Shown here piece after piece: positions 39,426-50,496 of a stretch of DNA of 64,000 bases. Positions within the stretch are counted from its first letter, which is position 1, and every line of letters starts with the position of its first letter. The position numbers were made by a program, and so were the translations under genes. The notes beneath the pieces were generated by a model that was given only the letters and a program-made list of their open reading frames with translations, did no database searches and was not told the origin of the DNA. Source of the stretch: Phaeosaccion multiseriatum (Eukaryota; Protista; Ochrophyta, other classes); assembly GCA_965112735.1 (NCBI GenBank), contig OZ218951.1, positions 2,790,001-2,854,000 on the forward strand, written 5' to 3'.

Positions 39426-40148
39426 CCAAACTCTTCATCCTCCTCGTCGTCATCTCCGGACGGAGCTGAGGCGTCCATACTCCCTCCCCCCTTGACGCGG
39501 AACGCGACAAAGAACGCCCAGCGACAGGGATTGTGCTGCAGAAGAGAGAGTTCGAATCTGCCACGTGTGGGGCCGCTACCTCCCTCTGCCTAAGAGTAGG
39601 AAGGCACCCCCAAGCTGAGCGCTGCGTTCCGGTCCCAATAAGAAGGCTGGGATCAAGTATATTACTAGCAAGGACTATCCCACCCTAAGACCCTGGACAG
39701 CCCCCTTGTTTAAGGAGAGCTATCCACTTGGTCTATACGGGTTCAGGAGTGCGGAGGGGCCAACCAGGCCCTCAAAAAGGCCGCATCCCCCATCTTTTTC
39801 TTCCTACTCTGCATACCTAATAGTACGTAATTGAGCCTGCCCCACCTCCACCACAGGCACAGAAGCTGAGAGGGAGAGAGATAGAGGTTGCCCCTGTGTA
39901 CGAGAGGAAGCTTGCAAGCAGTAGTCCCTGCCGCCTGTCGACCTCTCCCCTATCCGTACTGCCTGCCTGCCCGCAGCCCACCTCTGAGGCTGTATCTTCA
40001 CGCTTTCCAGGGGTTTGACTGGGCAGGCCGCTATGCAGCCCGGCATTTCCTCCCATGAGAGTAGCATCAACAACTCCCTCGGCCATCTCGACCACTCCCA
40101 TTATACCACAGACTTCGCCTCTACTTTTTGTTCATGTCCACACACCCC

Positions 40149-41138
40149 TCAGTCTTCGCAGAAGCAGGGGTGGCCATTGGCGTGTACCCACTGTTTGATT
40201 TCCTCAAAGGCCTCATTCCGCGCCCCAATCCAATGTCCATCGTTGAGCGCCACCTCCGGGCATGCGTACGCGTCCCACTCACACATGACGCTCTCGGATC
40301 GCAGCCACTGCAGCACGGCCAGGCTTTGGGCTTCACTGACAGCAAGGCGACACACATCGTCGTTCCAGTCGCACAGATCACGAGCGTTTGCATGCAGCCA
40401 GCGCAACGTCTCCAAACTTCCCGCCATCGCAGCTTCCAAAGCCCCCGCTCGCCACTCGCCATCTCCATCTTCTTCTGCAGCATCCAGCTCAGGCCTGACC
40501 CTGGGGTGGTTCAGAAGCATCTCCAGCACATTGATACGTCCCTCTTGGGCAGGTATTGCCCAAACCAACCCGTCGAATGGGGCGTTCGCCTCATCCGATA
40601 ACAGCCACGTGAGCATGTCCACCTCCCCTCTCCGTGCAGCTTCAATACAAGTCTTCTCGTTCCACGGGCATGGGCTTTTGTCGGGCAGGTCGGAACGGAG
40701 CCACTTGAGAATGCTCAGGCCGTGCTTGGCATTCTGGGTAGCCCGTTGACAAACGTCCTCGCCCCATGGACAGCCGTGGCCGTGGAGGACCTCGCAGATG
40801 CTCACATCTCCCCAGAACGCTGCAGCGCAGAAGGTATTAGTGCTTAATTCCACATGGCCCTGGTTGACGCCCCAGTTGAGGCACTCCACAGACCCCAGCA
40901 CGCTGTGGTGAAAAGAGGTCTTCACCGCGGGGTGAGCGATGGTGTAGAGCCTCCTCCAGTCCTTGCTCACACCAGCGACAAAGACGTGGTGCCCCTTCCC
41001 CACAACGCCCAGGACCTTTAGCAATATGTCTTCCAGGGCCAACACCTTGGCACGGGGCGAAGGCTCCTCCGCGGCAGACGGTGCGCTATTAGCGCCCCCC
41101 TCTATAGAAGAAGACCCTCCCAGTCCTTCATCGGCCAT
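40149..41138 (-). CDS. Intronless ankyrin-repeat-like protein ('GCPW...C..AA..G.L..LKWL' family expanded in algae and giant viruses)
   Basis: 329-aa uninterrupted ORF with an F-box-like start (DILLKVLGVVGKGHHVFVAGVSKDWR) and repeats HGCPWGEDVCQRA..GLSILKWLR, CPWNEKTCIEAARRGEVDMLTWL, GSLETLRWLH, WNDDVC...SLAVLQWLR. Confidence 0.8.
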   Translation of the reverse strand: MADEGLGGSSSIEGGANSAPSAAEEPSPRAKVLALEDILLKVLGVVGKGHHVFVAGVSKDWRRLYTIAHPAVKTSFHHSVLGSVECLNWGVNQGHVELSTNTFCAAAFWGDVSICEVLHGHGCPWGEDVCQRATQNAKHGLSILKWLRSDLPDKSPCPWNEKTCIEAARRGEVDMLTWLLSDEANAPFDGLVWAIPAQEGRINVLEMLLNHPRVRPELDAAEEDGDGEWRAGALEAAMAGSLETLRWLHANARDLCDWNDDVCRLAVSEAQSLAVLQWLRSESVMCEWDAYACPEVALNDGHWIGARNEAFEEIKQWVHANGHPCFCED

Positions 41139-41270
41139 GGTGAGAGACTGGAAACGTTGTAATGCAGGAGAAAGTAGAGGGTGGTGTTATGCCGGGCCCG
41201 CCTTTGGCGATGAACCACAACTGACAGATTCGACGCTCCATCACCAACTTCTCAATTTGTCACTCGAGGG

Positions 41271-41348
41271 CCGCTATCGCCCACATTCTCGATAGCGGCT
41301 AGCGGATCGGCTGGCGCCGGCGATAGCGGATAGCGCGTCAGGGGTCGA
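41271..41348. mobile_element. MITE family A, copy lacking most of the left TIR
   Basis: Shares CTATCGCCCACATTCTCGATAGCG...GGCTGGCGCCGGCGATAGCGGATAG...GTCAGGGGTCGA with 37442-37542. Flanked by the 6-bp repeat CGAGGG (41265-41270, 41349-41354). Confidence 0.82.
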
Positions 41349-41486
41349 CGAGGGGACTACTTTCTGCAATTCAACTCCACCAACCAGGGTCGGAGTTCTC
41401 TGAAGAAGGGCTGTAAAAGCCCGAAAAATGAAAGAGGAAGGCACGCTTCAAGACTCGAGACGAGCAAGACAGGAGATCGAGAGAGT

Positions 41487-41525
<39 letters not shown>

Positions 41526-41645
41526 GCGTTGGCGAATTAAATGGTTCTCCAGCTATTCGCCCCATCCTTAATTGACACATTTCCTTTTCCCGCCTACGGC
41601 ACTACACGGACACTCCGGTGACAAGAAGAGATAGAGCGGTCCCTA

Positions 41646-43138
41646 CTACCGCTGCATCACCAATGGTCGGTCGCCCCCTCCCTGCTGCCTTCCTCTCCCC
41701 CCCCCTACTGTGGCCGCCCCCGCAGGAACACCCTTGCTTTTGTTCCGGCCCTCCTCCTCCTGGCTGCCCACAAGGCCTCTCTCCTCCACCTCCAGCATAA
41801 TCTGGTAGGACGCGCAGCAGGGGCAGCACAGCGGCAGCAGCAAGTCTCCCAGCCACCCTCCTTCGATGTTGTAGCCCTCTCTGGGGGAGAAGAGCGGAGC
41901 GAAAAGGTTCAGCAGGAGATGCTAAATACTAGTAGTATAAAATTAGGAGCGTACGTGGTGAGGAAGTTAATCCCAAGACACACATCAAATGGAATTGCTT
42001 TTTCATTTGCTCCGTCGGTCGTTCAATCCATCGCCAAGCCAAGTCAAACCAAACCAAGCCCCAACTCCGAGCCCAAATGCCCCCTCTCTCCTTCCTTCCT
42101 TTCTTCCGTACGAACCTGATGGTACTGCGCGTGAGGCACATGTTCACACAGCAGAGGCTGAAGCACACGTCTGAGGAGTCGAATTTGGAGCGTGCCCTGG
42201 CCACTTGTACGCACGGGCACAGAGACGCGAGGTACGTCTTCCAGTGCCTGGCCTTGCACAGGAGCAGCGGAGAAGACCACGGGCCGGGCTTTGGTTTGGT
42301 CCCGCCGCTGTACGCAATGTCCGCCGTCGTTCTCGTAGTTAGGCCCACCTTGTTGAAGGCGCCGCTTTGCTGCCCCTTGGACCTGGAGTTGACCTCATTC
42401 ACCACTTGGCAGGTGCTGCAGTAGCAGCAGAGGCTCCCGAGGAAAATGTCCTCCACGGAGCTTCCCTCCAGCCCGTAGCCTTCTCGTACGATATTGCGGC
42501 CCTGCCAAAATGTACGATAGTACAAGTGAGTTGGGGGAGTTAGAGTAAGTGAGGGGGGGCGATGGGCAAGGATTTGTGCTCATATTACTCACCGAGATGG
42601 GGTTTACACAACAGAGGTTGAAGCAAAACTTGCTCCCGTCGAACCGGCTCTTGGCCCCCGCCAACTGGCAGCATGGGCAAAGACATGTCTTGCAGCAGGC
42701 TCCGCAGCTGTTGGTGCAGCTGCAGAGTCCGTTCCGCCAAGGCTCACCTGAGGATCCGTCAGCTGAAGCTCCTCCTGTCATCGCATCTCTGCCGCCACTC
42801 GCCCTCCTCAGCATCCCGCCACCATGGGCGTTCGCATAGCAGTTCATGGGAGCAGAGCTTCTCCGCTGCAACGGGGGGCGCTGGAACTGAGGCTTAGACG
42901 GCGCTTGTCCGAATAATCCCTGCCCTCGCCCCCCTTTGGGCGGCGGGGATAGTGACGGTGCCGCCGTGCCAGCAGCCTGATGATGCTCATTTGGAGGTGC
43001 ACTGCCACCGAACAGCTTCTCGGCAGCTCCTGCTGATGCTGTTGCTGCTGCTGCTGCTGCTGCTGCTGGTCGTGGTGGTCGTGGTGGTAGTGGGCCTTCT
43101 CCTCCTCCAGACGATGGCGCCACGATTGATCCCCTCAT
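41646..43138 (-). CDS. Cys-rich protein with two tandem PLAC8 domains (3 exons)
   Basis: Domain 1: WRNGLCSC...CCKTCLCPCCQL...R..VREGYGLEGS..ED...LCCYCSTCQVVNEV. Domain 2: WSSPLLLC...LCPCVQVA...TRSTIREGYNIEGG..GD...CCPCCASYQIMLEV. Confidence 0.88.
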
Positions 43139-43259
43139 CCCACTTGAAGGAGAAGACGAGTTCCCTTTTGGGGGAGGGAAAGACCAACTGCCATTGCAGT
43201 TGGTTGTCGCCTGCCATTTGTGTCACCTCTACACCCCTTCGATTCTCTTGTTCAAAACC

Positions 43260-46118
43260 ATGCGCCCCCTTGTGTCCCTCGTGCCCTTCTTGGTTGTATA
43301 CGCCGGTGCACAAAACTTGCCAGTGCCGCCGCTCCATTGTGAGTACCTACAGAGAGAGAGAGAGAGGGAGAGAGAAGAGAAGAAAGAGAAATCCCCATGT
43401 TGAAGATAGATGTTCTCCCCTTAACCTGTTTCCACGTGCAAACCAGAGATCCTCAAGGACTGATACAATCACATCTTATCGACCAGCTGCAGTGTTCAAC
43501 TCCAACCTGTGGAAGTCCCTGCACTGACAAGTTTGAAACGAAGTACAAAAGCCTTTTTACAAATTCCGCTCTTACCCTCTCCAGCCCCCTCCTCGCTTCC
43601 CCCTCTCCCCTGTCACAGACGAATATGGTGCCATGGAGCCTCTTGCGGTGAGATTAAGCTCTGGGGCCTCTTCTTTTCTTATTTTTGTCCTCTCTCTCTC
43701 CTCTTAACTTGCGCCCTCTTCTACCCTCCTCCTTCACCCCCCTTTCTCCCCCCCCCCCCCCAGGACGAAGCAAGTCTCCGTATCCACCACCTCGGGCATC
43801 ATGCGGCCGCCACTAGAGCAGTCAACGAGGCCCTGGAAAAGATGAGGTGGGACGAAAACAATAAGGTAGGGTACAAAGGGATAATTCCGCTGCTCTTGTT
43901 GGTTGCTAATCCCCACATCCTCGTCTCTGCGACTCTGGCTGCCGATGGCACATTGACGAAAATAATTACTTACCTACGTCCCTCTCTCCTCTCTCGCTTG
44001 TACCCCCGACCCTGCGTTCCACCCTTCCCGCTGCTCTGCACCACTTCTCTCCCCTCCCCTCGCCCCAAGCACCTCGCCAAGATGGGGTTGGATGAGCTCC
44101 TGCACAACCTCGACCAAGTCCCAGAGGGTAGGTAGTATATAGTATATAGAAGAAGAGCTCTTTCTCTCTCTCTCTCTCTCTCTCTACGACTGTAGACCAC
44201 CTTCAGTCATCGCCAATGCCTTCTCCCCTGTCTGAGATTCATTCATGTCGTATCCACCTGCGACTTTTTGTGCATCTCCAGGCATCCCTCGCATGCTCTC
44301 TTCCCTGTCTGAGTCTTATCCGCCTTCTACCCTTCTCCCACCGATGTGTGTGGATCAGTAGTAGGAACGACTGTTGTTTGGCTGTTGATGCCCCTTACAG
44401 AAGACGTGCTTGCAGCTGCTGGACGTCCCCTCTCACAGTCCCTGCCACCCCTCACTCCCTCCCCTCCCATGCCTGCCTCCTTCGCGGCGCACCATCATTG
44501 CCTGCCTTCGCTGTCTTTCAGAGTACCAATCAACGGTGCGCAACAACGGCGGAGGTTACGTGAATCATGCACTGTTCTGGGAGTCTATCAGCCCCTGGGG
44601 CGGCCACCCACCAAGCCCGGAGGGTGAAACTATTCAGGTGAGGGGAAGTGGAGTGGAGAGAGAGAGGGGGGATAGGAGATGGAGAGGTGTGGACAGATAG
44701 GCAAGGGGGGTGGGAAGGTGGGGAGGGAGAGGAAGAGGAAAAGGAGGGGAGAGGCGGAGAGCGGAGGAGAGGCGGGAAGGAGGAGAGAGAAAAGGAGAGA
44801 AGGGGGGGAGAGGGAGAGGGAGACGGAGGGCGAAGAGGGGAGGAAAAGAAGGTCCTTGGTGCTGTACCGCACTGTGCCCAATTATTGCAATCCTCATGTT
44901 TTGCTAACCCCCGTCCGATGCCCGTAACTGTATTGGGAATTGGCACCCTCAGGAGAGGAAGCTTTCTCATGCCATCGACGCCGTCTTCGGAGACTTTGCT
45001 ACGCTCCAGCGCCTCTTTGGGGCAGCGGCGGTGGGCGTGTTCGGCTCGGGCTGGGCCTTCCTCTACTACGACACCACGGAGCGGAAACTGGCCATCACCT
45101 CCACAAGCGGGAATGACACTCCCGCCATGGACAAGGACAAGAAGGCCATCTTGTGTCTCGACATGTGGGAGGTGAGTGGGTGGATGGCAGTCGATGGCAG
45201 TGGGTGGATGCGTACGTGAGTGCGTGGGTGGGTGGGGGGGTGGGGCCATGGATGGATGTGTGTGGGTGGGTGAGTAGGCCGTGGGTGGGTATGTGGGTGG
45301 GTGGGTCACGTCATGCTTTCCTGCCTTCCTTCCTCACTCTTCTTCCCCCTCCCCACCCCGCCCAAACCTACCCCTGCCTCTGCCCCTATTGCCCCTTGCT
45401 CTCCCACGAACAGCATGCTTGGGTCCCCAACCACACCGACAAGCACGAGTACATCGACGCCTTCTGGAAGGTGCGCAACACACACTCTTATATAGCTCTA
45501 TATATTATATATATTTATATATATAAATATGTCATCTTTTGTTTGAACTTTGTCGCCCCCCTCCCTCGCCGGCTCCACGCAGACGCAGCTAGACACAGCA
45601 AGTCGTCGCTCCTCCTCCCTCCTCTTTCGTTCGCTCACCCCATCCTTTCCTCTGAGCGACTACTCACGCCGTTCTCTGCTCGCCTTTGCTTATTGCGATT
45701 CCTTGGGATCGTCGCTTGGGGTCTTGGGGGGTCGGTGTTGGGCATCTCATCTTTCTCTCAACCTTTCCCTTCTTACGATAGGTTGCCGATTGGCCGAGCG
45801 CTGCGAGAAGGTTCGCTTTCGCTTCCGGTTTGACGCCGGCGCCTGTGCCCAACGATGAGCGTCGCGAGAAGGTGTGTGTGTGTGTATGTGTGTGTGTGTG
45901 TGTGTGTATGACTGGGAAGGGTGGGGAGAATGGCCAAGGAGAAAGAAAGACGAAGAGAGGAGGGGCGAGGGGATGCATGAAGGAAGGACAGCTCCAATTA
46001 ATTACTGTTGCCTGTGTGGACGGACTCCTCATCCGGCGGTGTCTGTCTTTGTGCTTCACAGATGGCGGTGGGCCTCATGGAAACTCACGAGGGAGAGTAC
46101 GCGATGCTCAGGCAGTAG
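43260..46118 (+). CDS. Signal-peptide-bearing Fe/Mn superoxide dismutase homolog with atypical active-site residues
   Basis: MRPLVSLVPFLVVYAGAQ-NLPVPPLHYEYGAMEPLA|DEASLRIHHLGHH...RNNGGGYVNHALFWESISP...FGSGWAFL...LCLDMWE|HAW...YIDAFWK|VADWPSAARRF. All four metal ligands are present. The last exon is tentative. Confidence 0.88.
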
Positions 46119-46787
46119 AGTGGAGCTTCCTCTCTCCTCTGAGTGACTCTCTGTACCTTGCTCTACATAGGAGGGAGGGAGAAGGAGGGTCATCCTCTAC
46201 ATAGGAAGGAGGAGTGAAAGGGGGTAGGAGGGTGGAGTAGCTCCCAACGAGCGGTCGAGGTTCGTCGGACTCCGATGCCTCTTCGGGGAAGGGGGAGGAG
46301 AGGCGGAGCAAGCGGGCGGTACGACGGCAAACGGTGGATGGTAGCCAGACAAGCCAGCGCTCTTTCACCGCGAGTGTGGTGTGGTGTTGCGGTGGGCTGA
46401 CTGGATGGATCGTGAAGGCCATGGATGGATGGAGCAAGAAGGTAATGGATGGAGCGAGACGGCACTGGATGGATGGAGCGAGAAGGCCTCCAGCACGATG
46501 TGCTGTTGGAGATGGACCACCAGCTCCGCCACTCTCATAGGGCGAAGGCTGATTGGGCTCGTGCGCGGATTGGTCCATAGTGCAGCAGTTGGAGATACAG
46601 CAACGTTTCGCAAGGGAAGAAAAGGATTGAAGGGGGCGGAGGGAGAGGGCGAAGTCGGCCAAGTCGGCGTCTTTCTCCGTCCCCATGACCAATTGTAATT
46701 AGGTATTATTTTTATCACATTTGCTTTGATTCGTATAGAAGCAAAATTTTATCCTTTCTCTCCGCTCTATCTGTATGTAATATGTAC

Positions 46788-47605
46788 TCAGCCAAAATTG
46801 TATGCAACAGCAGAGCCGCTGCTGGTTGCTGTTGCCTCTCGTCTGGTCTGCTGATCCAATGCCACGTTCCCGCCCTCTACGTCTGTGGGGCTCCACAAAC
46901 TACCGATATACACTTCTGTATCACCAACTGCTGCTACTGCTGCTGCTGCTGCTCCTCCTCCTCCTCCTCCTCCTCCTCCTCCTCCGCCACCACCTCCTCC
47001 TCCTCCACCTCCTCCTCCTTCTTCCTTTTCTTCTTCCCCCCCAACCCCTCTTGGTCCCGCGCCTCCTCCACTACCTCCATCCCCCCCGTCTCTCGCTGTA
47101 CCTGTGCATCTACGACTAGCGACAGCGGACCTCAAGCTCTGTTGCCACCCGCGAATGCTCCTACGGCCCCCCACGGCCTTGTCGGTGCTATGCCGATGCC
47201 GGGAAAGAAGCCCCCACGACCGAGCCGAAGACGAGAGGGAGTCTCTCGACGACGAGGAGGAGGAGGACGACGACAGCAGACAAGTGATGCAGAGGTGGTT
47301 GACGCAGAGGACACACGTCATGACATAGGCGTAGTCTACCATGAGCAGATGCGATACCGTAGCATCATCATCATCCGCATGCTCGTCTCCTCGCTCCTCC
47401 GGGCAGCTCAACAGTAACTCCTCTTCCAGATGACCGCGTAACGTGTTGGCAATGTCGGCCTTGACGGCCGAGTAGAAGAAGGAGATGGCACCCAATACAC
47501 ACAGCCACAGCGCCAAAATGAAGCTGCAAACGCGCACCCACCGGAAGGTGCGAGACAGCATGGGCTCCCTGTGTGGAGAGGACAGGGGAAGAGCACCAAC
47601 AGCAC

Positions 47606-47643
<38 letters not shown>

Positions 47644-50182
47644 CCAGTAGTAGTGGGTGTAAGTGGGGAGAAGAGGAGGAGCAGAGGGAGAAGAAGGTGG
47701 ATGCGGGGGAGGAGGAGGGGGAGGAGGAGGAGACCAGAGGGGAAGGAGAAGGGACGTGAAGAGCCCGAGACATCTCCGTAGCATCTCTTCCCGCCAGGAG
47801 TGGGGTGCTTTGACTCGCCGCACGGCAAGGGACAGAGGGGCTTTAATATACCTCTCCCTCCCTCAGTCCATGAGGCTTTTCAAACCTCTCCCTCCCTCAG
47901 TCCATCCCTCCTAGCACACACACTCACACACGCACTCCCAAGCTCCCAAGCTTCTCCACTACTCCCAAAGACACAATCACAGCGTCTCTATACTCTATAA
48001 CCCTATTCCGCTATACCCCATACCATACCATTTAAACCTCACCTGAGCACTCCCCCGCACCTCCCCAGCGAGGCCGGTACAAAGATGGCCGCGAGCAGGA
48101 AGAAGTTGAAGGCGCTGAGGACAATTCCCACGAGGTACCCCTTGGCCAACAGCAGTCCGAGCTGTCCCATGGTAGAGGACAAGTCGCTCAGGGGCACGCG
48201 CATCCGTCGCCCGGCACTAACCTCCACGAACTGCCATCCGACCCAGCAGCCAACATCTCTGGGACTGTCCGAAAGCCCTGTGGTGAGGGAGGGAGGGAGG
48301 GAGGGAGAGAGGGAGAGAGGGAAGGAAGGAAGGAAGGAAGGAAGGAAGGAAGGAAGGAAGGAAGGAAGGAAGGAAGGAAGGAAGGAAGGAAGGAGGGAGG
48401 GAGGGAGAGGGACGGAGGGAGGGAGTGAGCGGGTGGGTGAGGGAGGGAGTGAGTGGTGTGGAAGGTGGGGGAATGCACTTGTATCACATCCGACGCAACG
48501 CTACATTTGTCAAGCGTCGTGAAGGCATCCCAACATGTCGGTGCCATAGCCGTGTACGCCTTCAGTTCACCAGCAACACAGAAATGTACACCCTCAGTTC
48601 GCCAGCAACGCAAGGAGGTACGGCACCTGAGCAGAGGATCTTGGTGGCGAAGAAGCCTGCCGCCCTCGAGTGGTAGGCCACGATATGCATCGGAATGACG
48701 GTCAGTAAGAGGACAAAGCTCCACAAGAGCGCGGGATGGCTGCAGACCCCACCACCACAGCGTGGACGTAGACTGCTGCTGCCATCGCCACCAACCACCG
48801 TGATGACGCTACTGCTGCTGTTGCTGCGGCTGATGCTGCTACTGATGCTCCTGCTGATGCTGCTGGTGCCATGCTCCCTGCCACGCCACTCCCATCCGCC
48901 TGCGCTACCGCTCCTCGTCCCCCCTTCCGTTACGGAAGCCAGCCCCCATGGCTCACGCCCTTCCATCTGCACCAGTGTAACGCATGAGAACAAGGGATAC
49001 AGAGGGAGAGCCAGAGAGCCAGAGAGCGAGAGAAGGGAGGGAGAGGGGGAGGCGAGACAAAGCGAGAGAGAGAGCAAGAGAGAGAGCAAGAGAGGAGAAA
49101 TCAGAAATGGCAGGATATTGATTGATTCAGAGAAAGAGAGGAGAGACAGAGACAGACAGAGAGACAGAGATAGTGGTGGCGAGAGAGAAAGAGCAGGAGA
49201 ACGAGAGACACAGAGACAGGGAGAGATTGCGGGCGCGAGGGCGAGGGCGAGAGGAGAAAAGCAAAACAGCTATAGATCGTTAGACACAGAGACAGAGATG
49301 AGAGAGAGGGAGCAAGAGCAATACACAGAGAGACAGAGAGTTAGAGAGGGAAGAAGGACAGGAAGGTACGAGAGATGCAGAGCCAAAGAGACAGAGAGCG
49401 AGCAAAAGACAAAGAAAAATAAAAGGGAGACTTTTCGCTGTACCTGCTGTTGCCTTCTTTCGGCTTGCATCCTCCCGGGGGCCTTCCCTCAGTTCCCATG
49501 TCCAAGAGAGTAGTACATTATGAAGAGAGAGGGAGAGCCAACTATCGGCGCTGAAAGCTTTCCCTGTGCGAAAGGGCTTGCGGAATCGACTTCAGCGCGC
49601 AAACAACGTGTGATATTTTCATATGCCTCCAAATTGGTACTTTCACACACACACGGTCTGTGATGAGGTGTTCACAGTTACAAAACCGTTGTGCTCCTCC
49701 TCTGACTCTGGCGGCAGAGGAGCAGCCGCGTAACCTCCCCTCCCCCCCTCCTTCTCTCATGGAGCGAGAGGAAGTGGCAGGCCCGACAGAAGGAAGCGCA
49801 GGCAAGCCAGAACAGGTCCGTAGCACACAGGAGCCAGAACCGCCATACCGATGAGCGCCCCACGGTATGCAGCAAGCGTACCCCCCCGCTGCCCCGTGCG
49901 TGAGTGGAGGAGCAGCAGCCACCGCAGGAGTAGAGGACGAAGCGAACCGGAGAGAAACAGCGAGAGGCTGACGGGACGTTTTCGGCAGATGGGGCGGGAG
50001 GTATCGCTCGCAAGAGGCGAGCAGGGTCTTCCCCCCACCTCCCTCCTCAGCCAGGGTCCTTCCTCCTCCTCCTCCTCCTCCTCCTCCCTCTGCTCGGGCG
50101 CAGCACACAGCCCCGCTGGGTGGCAGCGGTCTGTGGTCATGTGGGTCAGGTCCTTCCTTCCCCCAAGGGCGCGGTAGCCATG
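46788..50182 (-). CDS. Probable multi-exon membrane protein of unknown function
   Basis: Non-repetitive exon-like blocks with hydrophobic helices (LLLAKGYLVGIVLSAFNFFLLAAIFVPA; VCSFILALWLCVLGAISFFYSAV). Start, stop and several joins could not be fixed. Confidence 0.4.
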
Positions 50183-50496
50183 ACGTGCGAGAGCCTGAGC
50201 TTGGCCGTCTTCCGCTTTGTGCTCTTCTCGCTCTTCTCGCTCTTCTCGCTCTGACGTTGCGGGGAGAGACGGTGCGCGGGGGGGGGGGGGGGTTACAGGT
50301 GTGAAGGCGCGTCGGTCGACGACATGCGTCTCATTGGGACCGTCGGGAGCCCAAGCAAGGAGGGCAACATACCTGTGTTATGGGCTCTGCTACAGTGAGC
50401 AGCAGAGCTTGTAGTAGCAAAAGGGCCATAGCGAACGACGGCCTTGCTCTCCCATCGACTCTCTTTCATCCATCAGTCTCAATCCACTCTCCTTCA

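Larger units (their letters stand above)
37557..39855 (-). mobile_element. Non-autonomous Gypsy/Ginger-like element with inverted LTR-like termini, tRNA-Ser PBS-like tracts and a 4-bp TSD
   Basis: 37557-37879 and 39529-39855 are diverged inverted repeats. Each contains a TGTGG...CCACA unit, then CG, then a TGGCA... tRNA complement. GGCA lies on both flanks (37553-37556, 39856-39859). An integrase remnant lies inside. Confidence 0.85.

Noticed and set aside
37557-39855. DIRS-type tyrosine-recombinase retroelement
   Set aside because: It has a DDE-family integrase remnant, a tRNA tract and a TSD; no tyrosine recombinase or RT motifs are seen.
37442-41348. Composite transposon using the outer MITE ends to carry the ankyrin gene
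   Set aside because: The outer flanks differ (CACTGG versus CGAGGG) and each MITE copy has its own TSD, so they are independent insertions.
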